IMG/VR virus record: IMGVR_UViG_3300010351_000300
Span: 422-64,421 of that record
Origin: a virus
Taxonomy: Duplodnaviria; Caudoviricetes
Reading direction: 5' to 3' (one strand)
Length of the DNA stretch: 64,000 nucleotides
The position numbers and the translations under genes were made by a program. Below are positions 1 through 8,450 of the stretch, piece after piece (within the stretch, counting starts at the first letter, position 1; each line of letters opens with the position of its first letter). The notes beneath the pieces were generated by a model that saw only the letters and a list, made by a program, of their open reading frames with translations, searched no databases and was not told where the DNA came from.

Positions 1-2
1 AA

Positions 3-284
3 ATCGACGTGACCCGCAAGGACTTCATTGTCACGTGCAGCAACGAGAAGATGCAGAAGCTGGCAATCACCCCGATTGCTGATGCGGCGTGGCGTAAGGA
101 AAAGGCGTTCGAGGCTAAGGTTCTGGCTGAGGCTGCTCGCTTAGTCCCGAAGATTCGCGGTTACGTAGCCAAGACAATCACCGCCGAAGACTACGCCATT
201 CAGCGGGGCGAATTCAACCCCCCGAAGGAAGAGGCAACGGACCCAAGCGATGAAGACCTGTCTCAGATGTTCAAGGTTGACTAA
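3..284 (+). CDS. 5'-truncated protein with acidic C-terminal tail, possibly ssDNA-binding protein
   Basis: Frame is open from the window edge (IDVTRKDFIVTC...). Acidic tail EEATDPSDEDLSQMFKVD. Directly upstream of recA, a common SSB position. Confidence 0.45.
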   Translation: MDVTRKDFIVTCSNEKMQKLAITPIADAAWRKEKAFEAKVLAEAARLVPKIRGYVAKTITAEDYAIQRGEFNPPKEEATDPSDEDLSQMFKVD

Positions 285-298
285 GCTAGGGGGTTGGG

Positions 299-1351
299 AT
301 GCCGAAGCGTAAGCCAGTAGTACGAGATGAGATGGAGGAGGGGCAGCCAAAAGCTGCCCCCACCTCCCGGTCTGCCGCCTCATCATTCGAGGCGATGTTG
401 ACCAAGTTCGAGGAGTTGTACGCGCCGGAACTGGAAGTCCCTCGCGTAACAACCAAGAGTGTGCAGCTCGACCAACTGATGGGTGGGGGCTTGCCTCTCG
501 GCAAGTACCTGACATTGCACTCTCAGGAGGGCTTGGGCAAGAGTACCATCGCTCTGTGCATTGCAAAGGCACTGGCAGAACAAGGGTATCGGACGGTCTA
601 TCTCGATACGGAGTCCGGGATTTCGGATCGGTTGCTGACCTCCATGTCCATCATGGAGCATTATCGCAACCACATGATTTCCTTCCTCCGTCCGCAGACC
701 TTCGGGGAGATGGAGAATGTCTTCACAGACATGATCCCCCATCCTGAAGTCTCGTTCATCGTGGTAGATTCGATCACGACGATCCTCGCCGCACAGATGC
801 TGGAGCAGAGTATTGAGAAGGCAATGGTGGGTACGGAGTCCAGACTCCAGACAGCGTTGCTCAAGAAGTACAAGATCGCTGCACAGGCGAACAAGACTAC
901 GATCTTGTGGCTGAATCAGATGCGCACGAAGATCAACATGAACAGCTATGGTGGGGCAACTGTCGAACCTTCGGGATGCAAGGCACTGCGCTACATGTCG
1001 GACATCTCGATGAACATGAAGCCCGTGCGTGACATCACGAAGGGTAGTGGCGACAATCGTGTAGTCATCGGGCGTGAACTCTGTATCTGGGCGGAGAAGA
1101 ATCGGTACACCGCGCCGAAGGTGGAATACCCGTTGTTCCTGCTCTACGGGGAAGGACTGTCAGGGTTGCGGTATATCGTAGATCTGCTTGTCCAGAATGA
1201 TATCGTGCATTTCTACGGGGCGGGGTACCACAAGTTTACCACCCCGGATGGAGAGCAGCAGATCATTCAGGGTTCTGAGAACATGGTTGCCTACGTGAAC
1301 GATCACTACGAGTGGGCTATCGAGCAGATCAAAGCAAGGGGGCTTCTCTAA
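299..1351 (+). CDS. recA: RecA/UvsX-like recombinase
   Basis: LDQLMGGGLP, Walker A SQEGLGKST, YLDTE, Walker B IVVDSI, LNQMR, SGCKALRYMSD are RecA-family motifs. Confidence 0.93.
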   Translation: MPKRKPVVRDEMEEGQPKAAPTSRSAASSFEAMLTKFEELYAPELEVPRVTTKSVQLDQLMGGGLPLGKYLTLHSQEGLGKSTIALCIAKALAEQGYRTVYLDTESGISDRLLTSMSIMEHYRNHMISFLRPQTFGEMENVFTDMIPHPEVSFIVVDSITTILAAQMLEQSIEKAMVGTESRLQTALLKKYKIAAQANKTTILWLNQMRTKINMNSYGGATVEPSGCKALRYMSDISMNMKPVRDITKGSGDNRVVIGRELCIWAEKNRYTAPKVEYPLFLLYGEGLSGLRYIVDLLVQNDIVHFYGAGYHKFTTPDGEQQIIQGSENMVAYVNDHYEWAIEQIKARGLL

Positions 1352-1352
1352 C

Positions 1353-2474
1353 ATGATTTCTGTTGTCGTCAGGGATTACCAAGTCATCAAAAAGCTCGAT
1401 CTCGACATCGAGGGGATAGTCTTCGTCACCGGCCCGTCAAACAACGGGAAGTCGAGCTTGGTAAAAGCCATCGAATCCTGCCTCTACAACCGGGCGGGCG
1501 AGAGCTTCATCCGTGACACCGAGGCACAGACTCTGGTGGGGATCACCTTTCGGCAACAGAACACCCCTACGCTACAGATCGCGTGGAAGAAGCCGCGAGG
1601 TTCGGGTGCGTCGTATGTCGTCAACGGCGTGAAGTACGAAAAGGCAGGGCGCACCCCCCTCCCGGAACTCATGCAGCATGGTTTCACAGAAATGGAAGCG
1701 TCCAAACGGACCTTCCGGCTTCCCTTCTGGCATCAGATGGAAGCCTTCCTCGTCGCAGAACCCAACACCGTAGTGTTCGAGGTGCTGTCGCGGCTTCTCC
1801 AAGACAGGAAAGTCATCCCCATTCTTCAGACCATGAAGACCGATTTTCAGGGAACGAAGAATGAGATGCTACAGCTCGAAGGGCGATACCAAGCTCTGTT
1901 AGAGGAGCAGGCAGCAACGGATGCAGCACTCGAACATCTAGCCCGACTGCCGGAACTCAAAACTCTGGCAGCTCGCGCACACGCCGGGAAGACTCGCTAC
2001 ACCATGCTCGTGAGCTTGCAGCAGCAATGGCAGACCAAAGCACAGATGGTTAGTCAGTTGGATCTCCAGCACCAGAAGCTCCATACACCTCTTCAACAAG
2101 CACAAGATGCCTTGCAGCGTGCCGGGGGTCTTGTAGAGCGGCACCAGAACTTGACCAGCCTACGTCAGCGTGTGGTGCAGCATAGTGCCGTAGTCAAGCG
2201 ACTAGCAGAACAAGATGTAGCATTCAAGGCACTACAAGGTATCCCCGATCCTACACCGTTGTTCACACGCTGGCAACAACTGACTGGTCTCCGGCAACAG
2301 TGGGCACAAGCACAGAAGACGGAAGGGTCACTTATCCAACAAATCGCGGAGACCCAAACGGACTATCAGAGTGTAAAACAGGCTCAAACACAGTTTGAAG
2401 AACAGGAACTGGCAGGGCTATGCCCGACTTGTGGGCGAGTCTTGCACGAGGAGGAAGCATGCCCGAGACCTTGA
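1353..2474 (+). CDS. Rad50/SbcC-like ATPase, N-terminal half with coiled coil and zinc hook
   Basis: VRDYQ start, Walker A GPSNNGKSS, about 190 aa Q/E/L-rich coiled coil, C-terminal CPTCG. Confidence 0.85.
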   Translation: MISVVVRDYQVIKKLDLDIEGIVFVTGPSNNGKSSLVKAIESCLYNRAGESFIRDTEAQTLVGITFRQQNTPTLQIAWKKPRGSGASYVVNGVKYEKAGRTPLPELMQHGFTEMEASKRTFRLPFWHQMEAFLVAEPNTVVFEVLSRLLQDRKVIPILQTMKTDFQGTKNEMLQLEGRYQALLEEQAATDAALEHLARLPELKTLAARAHAGKTRYTMLVSLQQQWQTKAQMVSQLDLQHQKLHTPLQQAQDALQRAGGLVERHQNLTSLRQRVVQHSAVVKRLAEQDVAFKALQGIPDPTPLFTRWQQLTGLRQQWAQAQKTEGSLIQQIAETQTDYQSVKQAQTQFEEQELAGLCPTCGRVLHEEEACPRP

Positions 2475-2725
2475 CCGAGAAGTACCAAACCTTTCAGAAG
2501 CGTCTAAAGGCGCTGAACGATCAAGCCATTCGACTGGAGACACAGCGGGAACAGGCACAACAGCAAGCCACGCTCATTCAGGAGGAAGTCGTCAAGGCTG
2601 TCGGGGAAGCCTCGATGGAAAGACTTGACACTGAGATCGCAAATGTGTATAATGAACTGGAAACCCTACTGAAAGAAGCGGACCCTCTACTCAGCGAGGC
2701 GGAACATGCCAGAGATAGTGGATAG
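2459..2725 (+). CDS. small coiled-coil protein, probable middle piece of the split Rad50
   Basis: ATG 2459 after GAGGAGG. All-helical Q/E-rich sequence. Overlaps both Rad50 halves. Confidence 0.65.
   Translation: MPETLTEKYQTFQKRLKALNDQAIRLETQREQAQQQATLIQEEVVKAVGEASMERLDTEIANVYNELETLLKEADPLLSEAEHARDSG
2625..2653 (+). promoter_or_regulatory. perfect sigma70 consensus promoter inside a coding sequence
   Basis: TTGACA (2625-2630), 17-bp spacer, TATAAT (2648-2653). Confidence 0.7.
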
Positions 2726-3359
2726 AACACAAGAATTCATAACTCGTGTTTCCACTCTTGAGATCCAACATAACGACCTTCTGCGGTTGCAAGCCGCCGC
2801 AGAAGCCAAGACACAGCAGGCACGTCAGCAACATGCTGATGCTGTAGCCTATTCAACTGATCTTGGTGAGGCTATCGAAGGTGCGAAACAGATCATTGAA
2901 ATTCTGTCCGAGAAAGGATTGCAGGGGCTGAAGAACCTCGTTACTGAGGGCTTGCAGGCGATCTTCGAGGGGTGCAATTACTCTTTCGATATCGAGATAT
3001 CAGACCGGGGCAAAGACAAAACCGCCGACCTGATTCTGGTTGAGGCCATGCCGGACGGAACTGTGAAGCGTACTCTACTATCGGACAACGGTTGGGGCAT
3101 CCAGAGCATGGTAAGCCTGATCCTCCGTGTATTCTTCATCTGCCATCTCGGCCTCCGGCGTTTCCTCGTCCTAGATGAGAGCATGGTGCAGCTCTCGAAA
3201 GAATACGTGGACGGTCTGTTCACCTTCCTGCGCTCCTTGCACACCGACTTGGGCTTTGACATCCTGTGCATCACACACGATCCACGATTCCTTCCATACG
3301 GAGATCGAGTCTATGAAATGTCGCAAGGAGAGCTTCATGCTACCAAGGAGGCATCGTGA
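2706..3359 (+). CDS. Rad50/SbcC-like ATPase, C-terminal half
   Basis: N-terminal coiled coil, signature-like LSDNGWG, Walker B LVLDES, H-loop CITHD. Confidence 0.85.
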   Translation: MPEIVDRTQEFITRVSTLEIQHNDLLRLQAAAEAKTQQARQQHADAVAYSTDLGEAIEGAKQIIEILSEKGLQGLKNLVTEGLQAIFEGCNYSFDIEISDRGKDKTADLILVEAMPDGTVKRTLLSDNGWGIQSMVSLILRVFFICHLGLRRFLVLDESMVQLSKEYVDGLFTFLRSLHTDLGFDILCITHDPRFLPYGDRVYEMSQGELHATKEAS

Positions 3360-4282
3360 AGTTTGGATTTGTGGTCGATCCACATCTTTCGCAGACGAAT
3401 CCTGCGGCACGAGTAGACGATTATGCACAAGCCATGATCAACAAGCTCCGTGCGCTTCGTACCATGGGAGTTCAGAATCAGTGGAGTGGGCTGATTATCA
3501 CTGGTGACCTATTCCACTCGAAGAACGTGGGGTTTGAGTTTCTAGGACAGGCATCGGAAGTCCTCGGAGAAATGCCCTTCCCTGTCGCGTCCATCTTTGG
3601 CAACCACGACCTGTACAACGACCGAATTGAGTCGAATGTTCGCACCCCACTAGGCTACCTCATGCGCATAGGGCTTGTGAAGAGTATTGCCAGTCTAGGT
3701 TTTCCCAACCTCGTGGGTTTAGATTTCGACCGCACGATGTCCCCGCCGGAAGCGCCGAATGTACCGGGAGTGAAGGTGCTCGTGTGTCACGCATTCGTTG
3801 ATGATGTTCCGCCCTTCGGGATCGGCAACTGGGAGTTCATTTCCTACGGTCAACTTGAATCACAAGGGTGGGATATCGTAGTTGCTGGACATGATCACAC
3901 CCCTCATCCGATACTGCATCACAGTGGCAGTCAGCTTACTGTCTACCGTCCGGGGTCCATCAGTCGAGGGACACGCCACGAGTACAACCGAGAACGAGAC
4001 CCGAAGGCTTTGGAGATCGAAGTCTCCGACACATGGGAGCTAATCCATGTACAGGAACGAATCATTCCTGCAGCCCCGGCCTCGGAGATATTCTCTCTTC
4101 TGGAGATTGCGCGTACTGAGGCCAACAAGCGCATCAAAGAGTTTGCGGAATCCCTGTTGCTCGGGATGACCCCGACCAAAGAAGCCACGGATTTAGACCG
4201 AATGGTAGAGAGTTTGGGTATCAGCGATTCCGCCAAAGCCATACTCAAGCGTTATCTGGTCGAGTCCGGAGTGCTGGGGTGA
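3356..4282 (+). CDS. Mre11/SbcD-like metallophosphoesterase nuclease
   Basis: DPH, GDLFH, GNHD, CH, GHDH phosphoesterase motifs. Coupled to the Rad50 half by a GTGA overlap. Confidence 0.9.
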   Translation: MKFGFVVDPHLSQTNPAARVDDYAQAMINKLRALRTMGVQNQWSGLIITGDLFHSKNVGFEFLGQASEVLGEMPFPVASIFGNHDLYNDRIESNVRTPLGYLMRIGLVKSIASLGFPNLVGLDFDRTMSPPEAPNVPGVKVLVCHAFVDDVPPFGIGNWEFISYGQLESQGWDIVVAGHDHTPHPILHHSGSQLTVYRPGSISRGTRHEYNRERDPKALEIEVSDTWELIHVQERIIPAAPASEIFSLLEIARTEANKRIKEFAESLLLGMTPTKEATDLDRMVESLGISDSAKAILKRYLVESGVLG

Positions 4283-4962
4283 CCAATATTCTACACACCC
4301 TGACTGAAGTCTACAACACTCTGGAGCCACTATCTGCAACAGTTGCTCCAGAACATACATGGGCGCAAATCATTGGGAACCGACCCAACCATTTGCGTGT
4401 TATGCGTTGTAGGGATATCGCAGAAATGCAGTGGCCGGACGAGTATCGTCTGCAGCAGAAATTCCTTGAGAGCTGTGCTGCGTGCATCGTCTTCCCACTG
4501 ACCTATTTCGGGGTGCTGATCGGGTATGGGTTTCGAGATTTGCAAACCAAGCGGTTCTCGATCATCCAACCTGTCAGTTTCTCTTCCAGCTTTTACACGG
4601 CTTATGCCGGGGTGAAACAGTGCAAGCAACGGCAATTCATGGATGCAATAGTCATTGTTGAAGGAGTTGCCGATGCTGAAGCAGTGGGGGCTTGTTACCC
4701 ATGGGTAGTTGCCGTGCTCGGGAACCACATCACAGACCCACAATATGCAGTGTTGCGTTCCACGACAGGGAAAATCTATACTATGTTTGACAACGATGTT
4801 GCTGGACAGAACGGCACCCGGAAAGCTCAAAAGCTGTTCAAGGAGCATATTCTATTGGAGCATAAAGCCTTAGCATATCCAGCCGAATACAAAGACCCAG
4901 CAGAATACTATCTGCACGATGCAGCAGGTCTTAAACGCCGACTGCGGGGTATGGGTCTATGA
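4279..4962 (+). CDS. DnaG-type primase catalytic/TOPRIM core without zinc-binding domain
   Basis: IVFP...GYGFR, IVEGVADA, VLG, FDNDVAG, KDPAEY. Confidence 0.8.
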   Translation: MTNILHTLTEVYNTLEPLSATVAPEHTWAQIIGNRPNHLRVMRCRDIAEMQWPDEYRLQQKFLESCAACIVFPLTYFGVLIGYGFRDLQTKRFSIIQPVSFSSSFYTAYAGVKQCKQRQFMDAIVIVEGVADAEAVGACYPWVVAVLGNHITDPQYAVLRSTTGKIYTMFDNDVAGQNGTRKAQKLFKEHILLEHKALAYPAEYKDPAEYYLHDAAGLKRRLRGMGL

Positions 4963-5474
4963 TTGACATGTCTCCGGTCATCGAGTATGCCAATGCCAAG
5001 GGAAAAGTCTCCCCCGAGGTCAACGAGAAAGTCTTTGACATCCTGACGAAGCTCGCGCAAGTTGTGCTGGTGCGTTTTGGGTACACCCTCGTTGGAGAAG
5101 ACCGTGATGACATGCTCTCCGATATGCGACTGTATGCCTTAGAAGGGCTAACCAAACCACACATCGATTTCGAGCAGTATGACTGTTTCAATCTGATTTT
5201 CAGTCGGATGAGAAACCACCTCACGGGTGCGCGGCGGAAGCAAAACCGAACCGTGTACATGGACACGGTAGAGCCCGCCCCCTATTCTCTGTCCCCTGAA
5301 TTCATCCTTTCCCAAGACACCCAAGCAATCTTCGACAGAACTGTCAGCCGTATGGGGGTCATGAGTTTGGATGTCGGACGATACTATTTAGCAATACTCA
5401 CCGCCGCACTGTTTCGGGGGATAGTGCGAGCTGATGCCAGCCTTCGCCCATTGTGTAAGGAAAAGAAGATATGA
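4959..5474 (+). CDS. sigma-factor-like protein (region 2-like)
   Basis: DDMLSDMRLYALEGL...FNLIFSRMRNHLTGARRK resembles the ECF sigma region 2 pattern. No clear region 4. Confidence 0.5.
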   Translation: MIDMSPVIEYANAKGKVSPEVNEKVFDILTKLAQVVLVRFGYTLVGEDRDDMLSDMRLYALEGLTKPHIDFEQYDCFNLIFSRMRNHLTGARRKQNRTVYMDTVEPAPYSLSPEFILSQDTQAIFDRTVSRMGVMSLDVGRYYLAILTAALFRGIVRADASLRPLCKEKKI

Positions 5475-5920
5475 TTCCAGACGACTCCTCGTTGACACAC
5501 ATTCCGAAGATCACAGGGCCGAATACTCTTTCCGAAATGGCAGTTCTCGCCATGCTCATGGAAACCCCCAAACAGCGGGAAGCCTATCGACTCCTCACCT
5601 CCTTGTTCTGGGAGGAAACCGCACTCTTTCTCGCCATCATGGAAGGTCGCCGTTTCTCCGTACCCGGTAGACAGAAAGTCGAAAGCCTGTTGCTGCAGAG
5701 CCGACTCTGGCTGTATATCCAGCAACGCAATACTACGCCGGAAGCCTTTGAACAAGCATGCAAGCTCTTCGGTCGTGGGCAGAAAGAAATCCACCGCATC
5801 TACAACCGGGTAGATCGATTGGTACAGGAACGCATGACTGAAATTCCGCGTTCCGAACAGGTGGATATCGAGAACATGTTCGAGAGCTTGCCACTGTTGG
5901 GGGGGACTGAAGATGAGTGA
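5471..5920 (+). CDS. Mor-like transcription activator / HTH protein
   Basis: MEGRRFSVP...EQACKLFGRGQKEIHRIYNR follows the Mor-family pattern (GG.x.Y.P, then a C-terminal HTH). Confidence 0.5.
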   Translation: MIPDDSSLTHIPKITGPNTLSEMAVLAMLMETPKQREAYRLLTSLFWEETALFLAIMEGRRFSVPGRQKVESLLLQSRLWLYIQQRNTTPEAFEQACKLFGRGQKEIHRIYNRVDRLVQERMTEIPRSEQVDIENMFESLPLLGGTEDE

Positions 5921-6476
5921 TACTCCAACCACCCTAGACCCACTAGGGGAATTTGTCCACGAGGATGAGAGCGATACACCAACAGAAACTCCGGTGGAGA
6001 CGCTGCCCCCATCTTCCGACCTTACACTCGCCAAATACATCGAACAGTACATGACTGACTACACCCCGGAAAAGCTGAACCAAGTGTTCTACCGTGATCT
6101 TGGGTGGGTAGTTGCTGCAACACTCGCGGATCTCTTCAAACGCCTGCCACGTCTGACTGAGTACATCAATGCTGCAGACGAGGCTTTGACAGATGCCAAG
6201 AACATCCCGCATGAGATGCTGCTGCAGAACAAGCGTGGGGAACTGATAGGGCCGAGCGTGGTCGGTGGAAAACGAGCCATTGCGGAAAATGCGCTCATGA
6301 CGATCTTGGACTTCGCTCGTAAATTCGCTGCCACCAACCTAGATATCCTGAAGGCCAACCAAAATTCAGGCAGTGATGAAGCGGCTCAGATTCAGAAAGC
6401 CATCAGCAACATGTCCAAGGAAGAACTCCAGTCACTCCTCAGCTTCCTAGAGGGCTTGAAGAGTCGTGGCCGGTAA
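5913..6476 (+). CDS. putative terminase small subunit
   Basis: Helical 187-aa protein overlapping the start of the large terminase. Positional inference. Confidence 0.5.
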   Translation: MSDTPTTLDPLGEFVHEDESDTPTETPVETLPPSSDLTLAKYIEQYMTDYTPEKLNQVFYRDLGWVVAATLADLFKRLPRLTEYINAADEALTDAKNIPHEMLLQNKRGELIGPSVVGGKRAIAENALMTILDFARKFAATNLDILKANQNSGSDEAAQIQKAISNMSKEELQSLLSFLEGLKSRGR

Positions 6477-8448
6477 TACCCCAACCCCCGAGCTATGGAG
6501 TTCATCTACTGTTGATCTCCTTGAGGCTTTAACCCGGCGTGAAATCCTACGCCGAGACGAAGACACAGACCCACATCAAATTGGGGATGTTCTGTCTTGG
6601 GAAGACTGGATATCGCAGGAATACTACTCAGGGCCATTCAGTCGAATACTCTATCCATTCTGGCGCAATGAGATAAGTGACTTCCTCGCTAATCAGCAAA
6701 GCGAATGGGTGATTACCGGCAGCAAGGGTGGTGGAAAGACCACAGCAGCAGAAGCCTTGACCGCGTACAAGATTTACTACCTATCCCGCTTCGAGTACCC
6801 ACAACGACTCTTCGGGCTTTCGGAAGTCACGAGTTTGGTCTTTGTTTACCTCTCCGTCTCGATAGCGAAGGCCAAGATCGCAGGGTTTGGTGAGATGCGT
6901 GAATACATCGACCACATCCCCTACTTCCGAGATGTATACAAACGCGACATGAACAACAACTTGATGCTGTTGTTCCCCAATCGTGTAGCTGTTATCCCCG
7001 GTTCAGGGGCAGCACAAACAGATTTGTCGTTGAACACCATTGGGATCCTGTTGGATGAAACCAACTTCTACAAGGCAGGGGGCGGCGGGAACATCGGTGA
7101 TTTGGCCGCAGCACAACGTATCTACACGGACACGAACACACGTCGGAAATCCCGTTTCGTCGTACAGGGGATTGACTACTCCTTTACCCTTTTGGTCTCC
7201 TCCGCCACACATGACCTGAGCTTCACTCAAACGCGAATCAAAGAAGCCGAACTCAGTGGGGAGCCACAGAAAGTCACGCAAACTTGCGGATGGATCACCA
7301 ACCCCGAGAAGTACACCAAACAGCGGTCTGTCATCTTCAAGGGTGATGACAAACGAGAACCGCGAATCATCAATGGAATAGACGATTACATAGACACTGC
7401 CGTGGACTTCGAGCAGGATAACAGTTGGCTGTTTGCCCTGTTGTGCGAAGGGGAGACCCCACTCAGCATCTACTATAAGCTCCCCCCTGAATCACAAAAG
7501 CGTTTCCTGCTCGTCCCCACCGAAGTGTTGCCTGCGTTCCGCACCAACATCTATGCTGCACTCAGCGATCTCGCAGGTATTTCGATTGCCCCGTCCGGTA
7601 AGCTCTATACCAGCGGACCTAACTGGATGGCAACCTGCAAGGCGGGGACTGCTGCCGGACTGCGTCACCCGTTCACCAGAGAAGAACTCCAGATCACCAT
7701 CAACTCCCCACAGCAGGTAATGGATTTCTTCATCCCGGAGATCCTATTTACCCCACCAGACTTCAAGACCTTCCGGCGACACCCGCACGCATTACGCTTT
7801 ATTCATGTGGACTCCTCAACAACTACGGACAAAACGGGTGTGGCAATGACGCATCTCGCCGGGATCACCAATGACCCATTGACAGGGCTTCCCCTTCCCA
7901 CAGTAGAGGAAGACTTTGTCTTGCGTATCAGCAACACACAATCCCCGGACCAGATCGATCTGTCGAAGGTATTGGCATTCTTCTTCTACCTGCGAAACGT
8001 ACACCAAGTCAAGTTCGGAAAGATCACCTACGACTCAGAAGCCTCGGAGATGCCGTTGCAGCAGATGATGAAGAACCACATCCCGGCTGGGCGTCTCTCG
8101 GTAGAACGAGATGGGCCGTGGCTTGACTTCGTGGAACTCCTCAACGGTGGGCGTTTCGTCCAATACTACAACGACTACTTCAAGAAAGAGTTCTTCATGC
8201 TGAATTGGGACCGGGGAACACACTCCGTAGACCACCCACCCTCTGGGACTAAAGACGTGTCGGATGCTGTCGTAGGCGCAGTCTACAACTGTCTGACGGG
8301 CACGGTGACAGGTGAAGTTCGCCCCACATCTGATATCACAGGACAAATCATCATCCCGAACCAACCCAAAGATATACTACATGCAGAGACGAGCTGGCTG
8401 TTCGGGGACTACGAACGCAAACACGGGAAAATCAGTAGGGGGCAGTAG
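6466..8448 (+). CDS. terL: terminase large subunit
   Basis: Walker A ITGSKGGGKT, Walker B ILLDE, coupling LVSS, RNase H motifs HVDSSTTTDKTG and DHPPSGTKDVSDAV. Confidence 0.92.
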   Translation: MAGNTPTPELWSSSTVDLLEALTRREILRRDEDTDPHQIGDVLSWEDWISQEYYSGPFSRILYPFWRNEISDFLANQQSEWVITGSKGGGKTTAAEALTAYKIYYLSRFEYPQRLFGLSEVTSLVFVYLSVSIAKAKIAGFGEMREYIDHIPYFRDVYKRDMNNNLMLLFPNRVAVIPGSGAAQTDLSLNTIGILLDETNFYKAGGGGNIGDLAAAQRIYTDTNTRRKSRFVVQGIDYSFTLLVSSATHDLSFTQTRIKEAELSGEPQKVTQTCGWITNPEKYTKQRSVIFKGDDKREPRIINGIDDYIDTAVDFEQDNSWLFALLCEGETPLSIYYKLPPESQKRFLLVPTEVLPAFRTNIYAALSDLAGISIAPSGKLYTSGPNWMATCKAGTAAGLRHPFTREELQITINSPQQVMDFFIPEILFTPPDFKTFRRHPHALRFIHVDSSTTTDKTGVAMTHLAGITNDPLTGLPLPTVEEDFVLRISNTQSPDQIDLSKVLAFFFYLRNVHQVKFGKITYDSEASEMPLQQMMKNHIPAGRLSVERDGPWLDFVELLNGGRFVQYYNDYFKKEFFMLNWDRGTHSVDHPPSGTKDVSDAVVGAVYNCLTGTVTGEVRPTSDITGQIIIPNQPKDILHAETSWLFGDYERKHGKISRGQ

Positions 8449-8450
8449 CT

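Noticed and set aside
1353-3359. Rad50 pseudogene caused by frameshifts
   Set aside because: Each piece has its own RBS and start, they overlap in coupled fashion, and the ATPase motifs are intact. This fits a functional split better.
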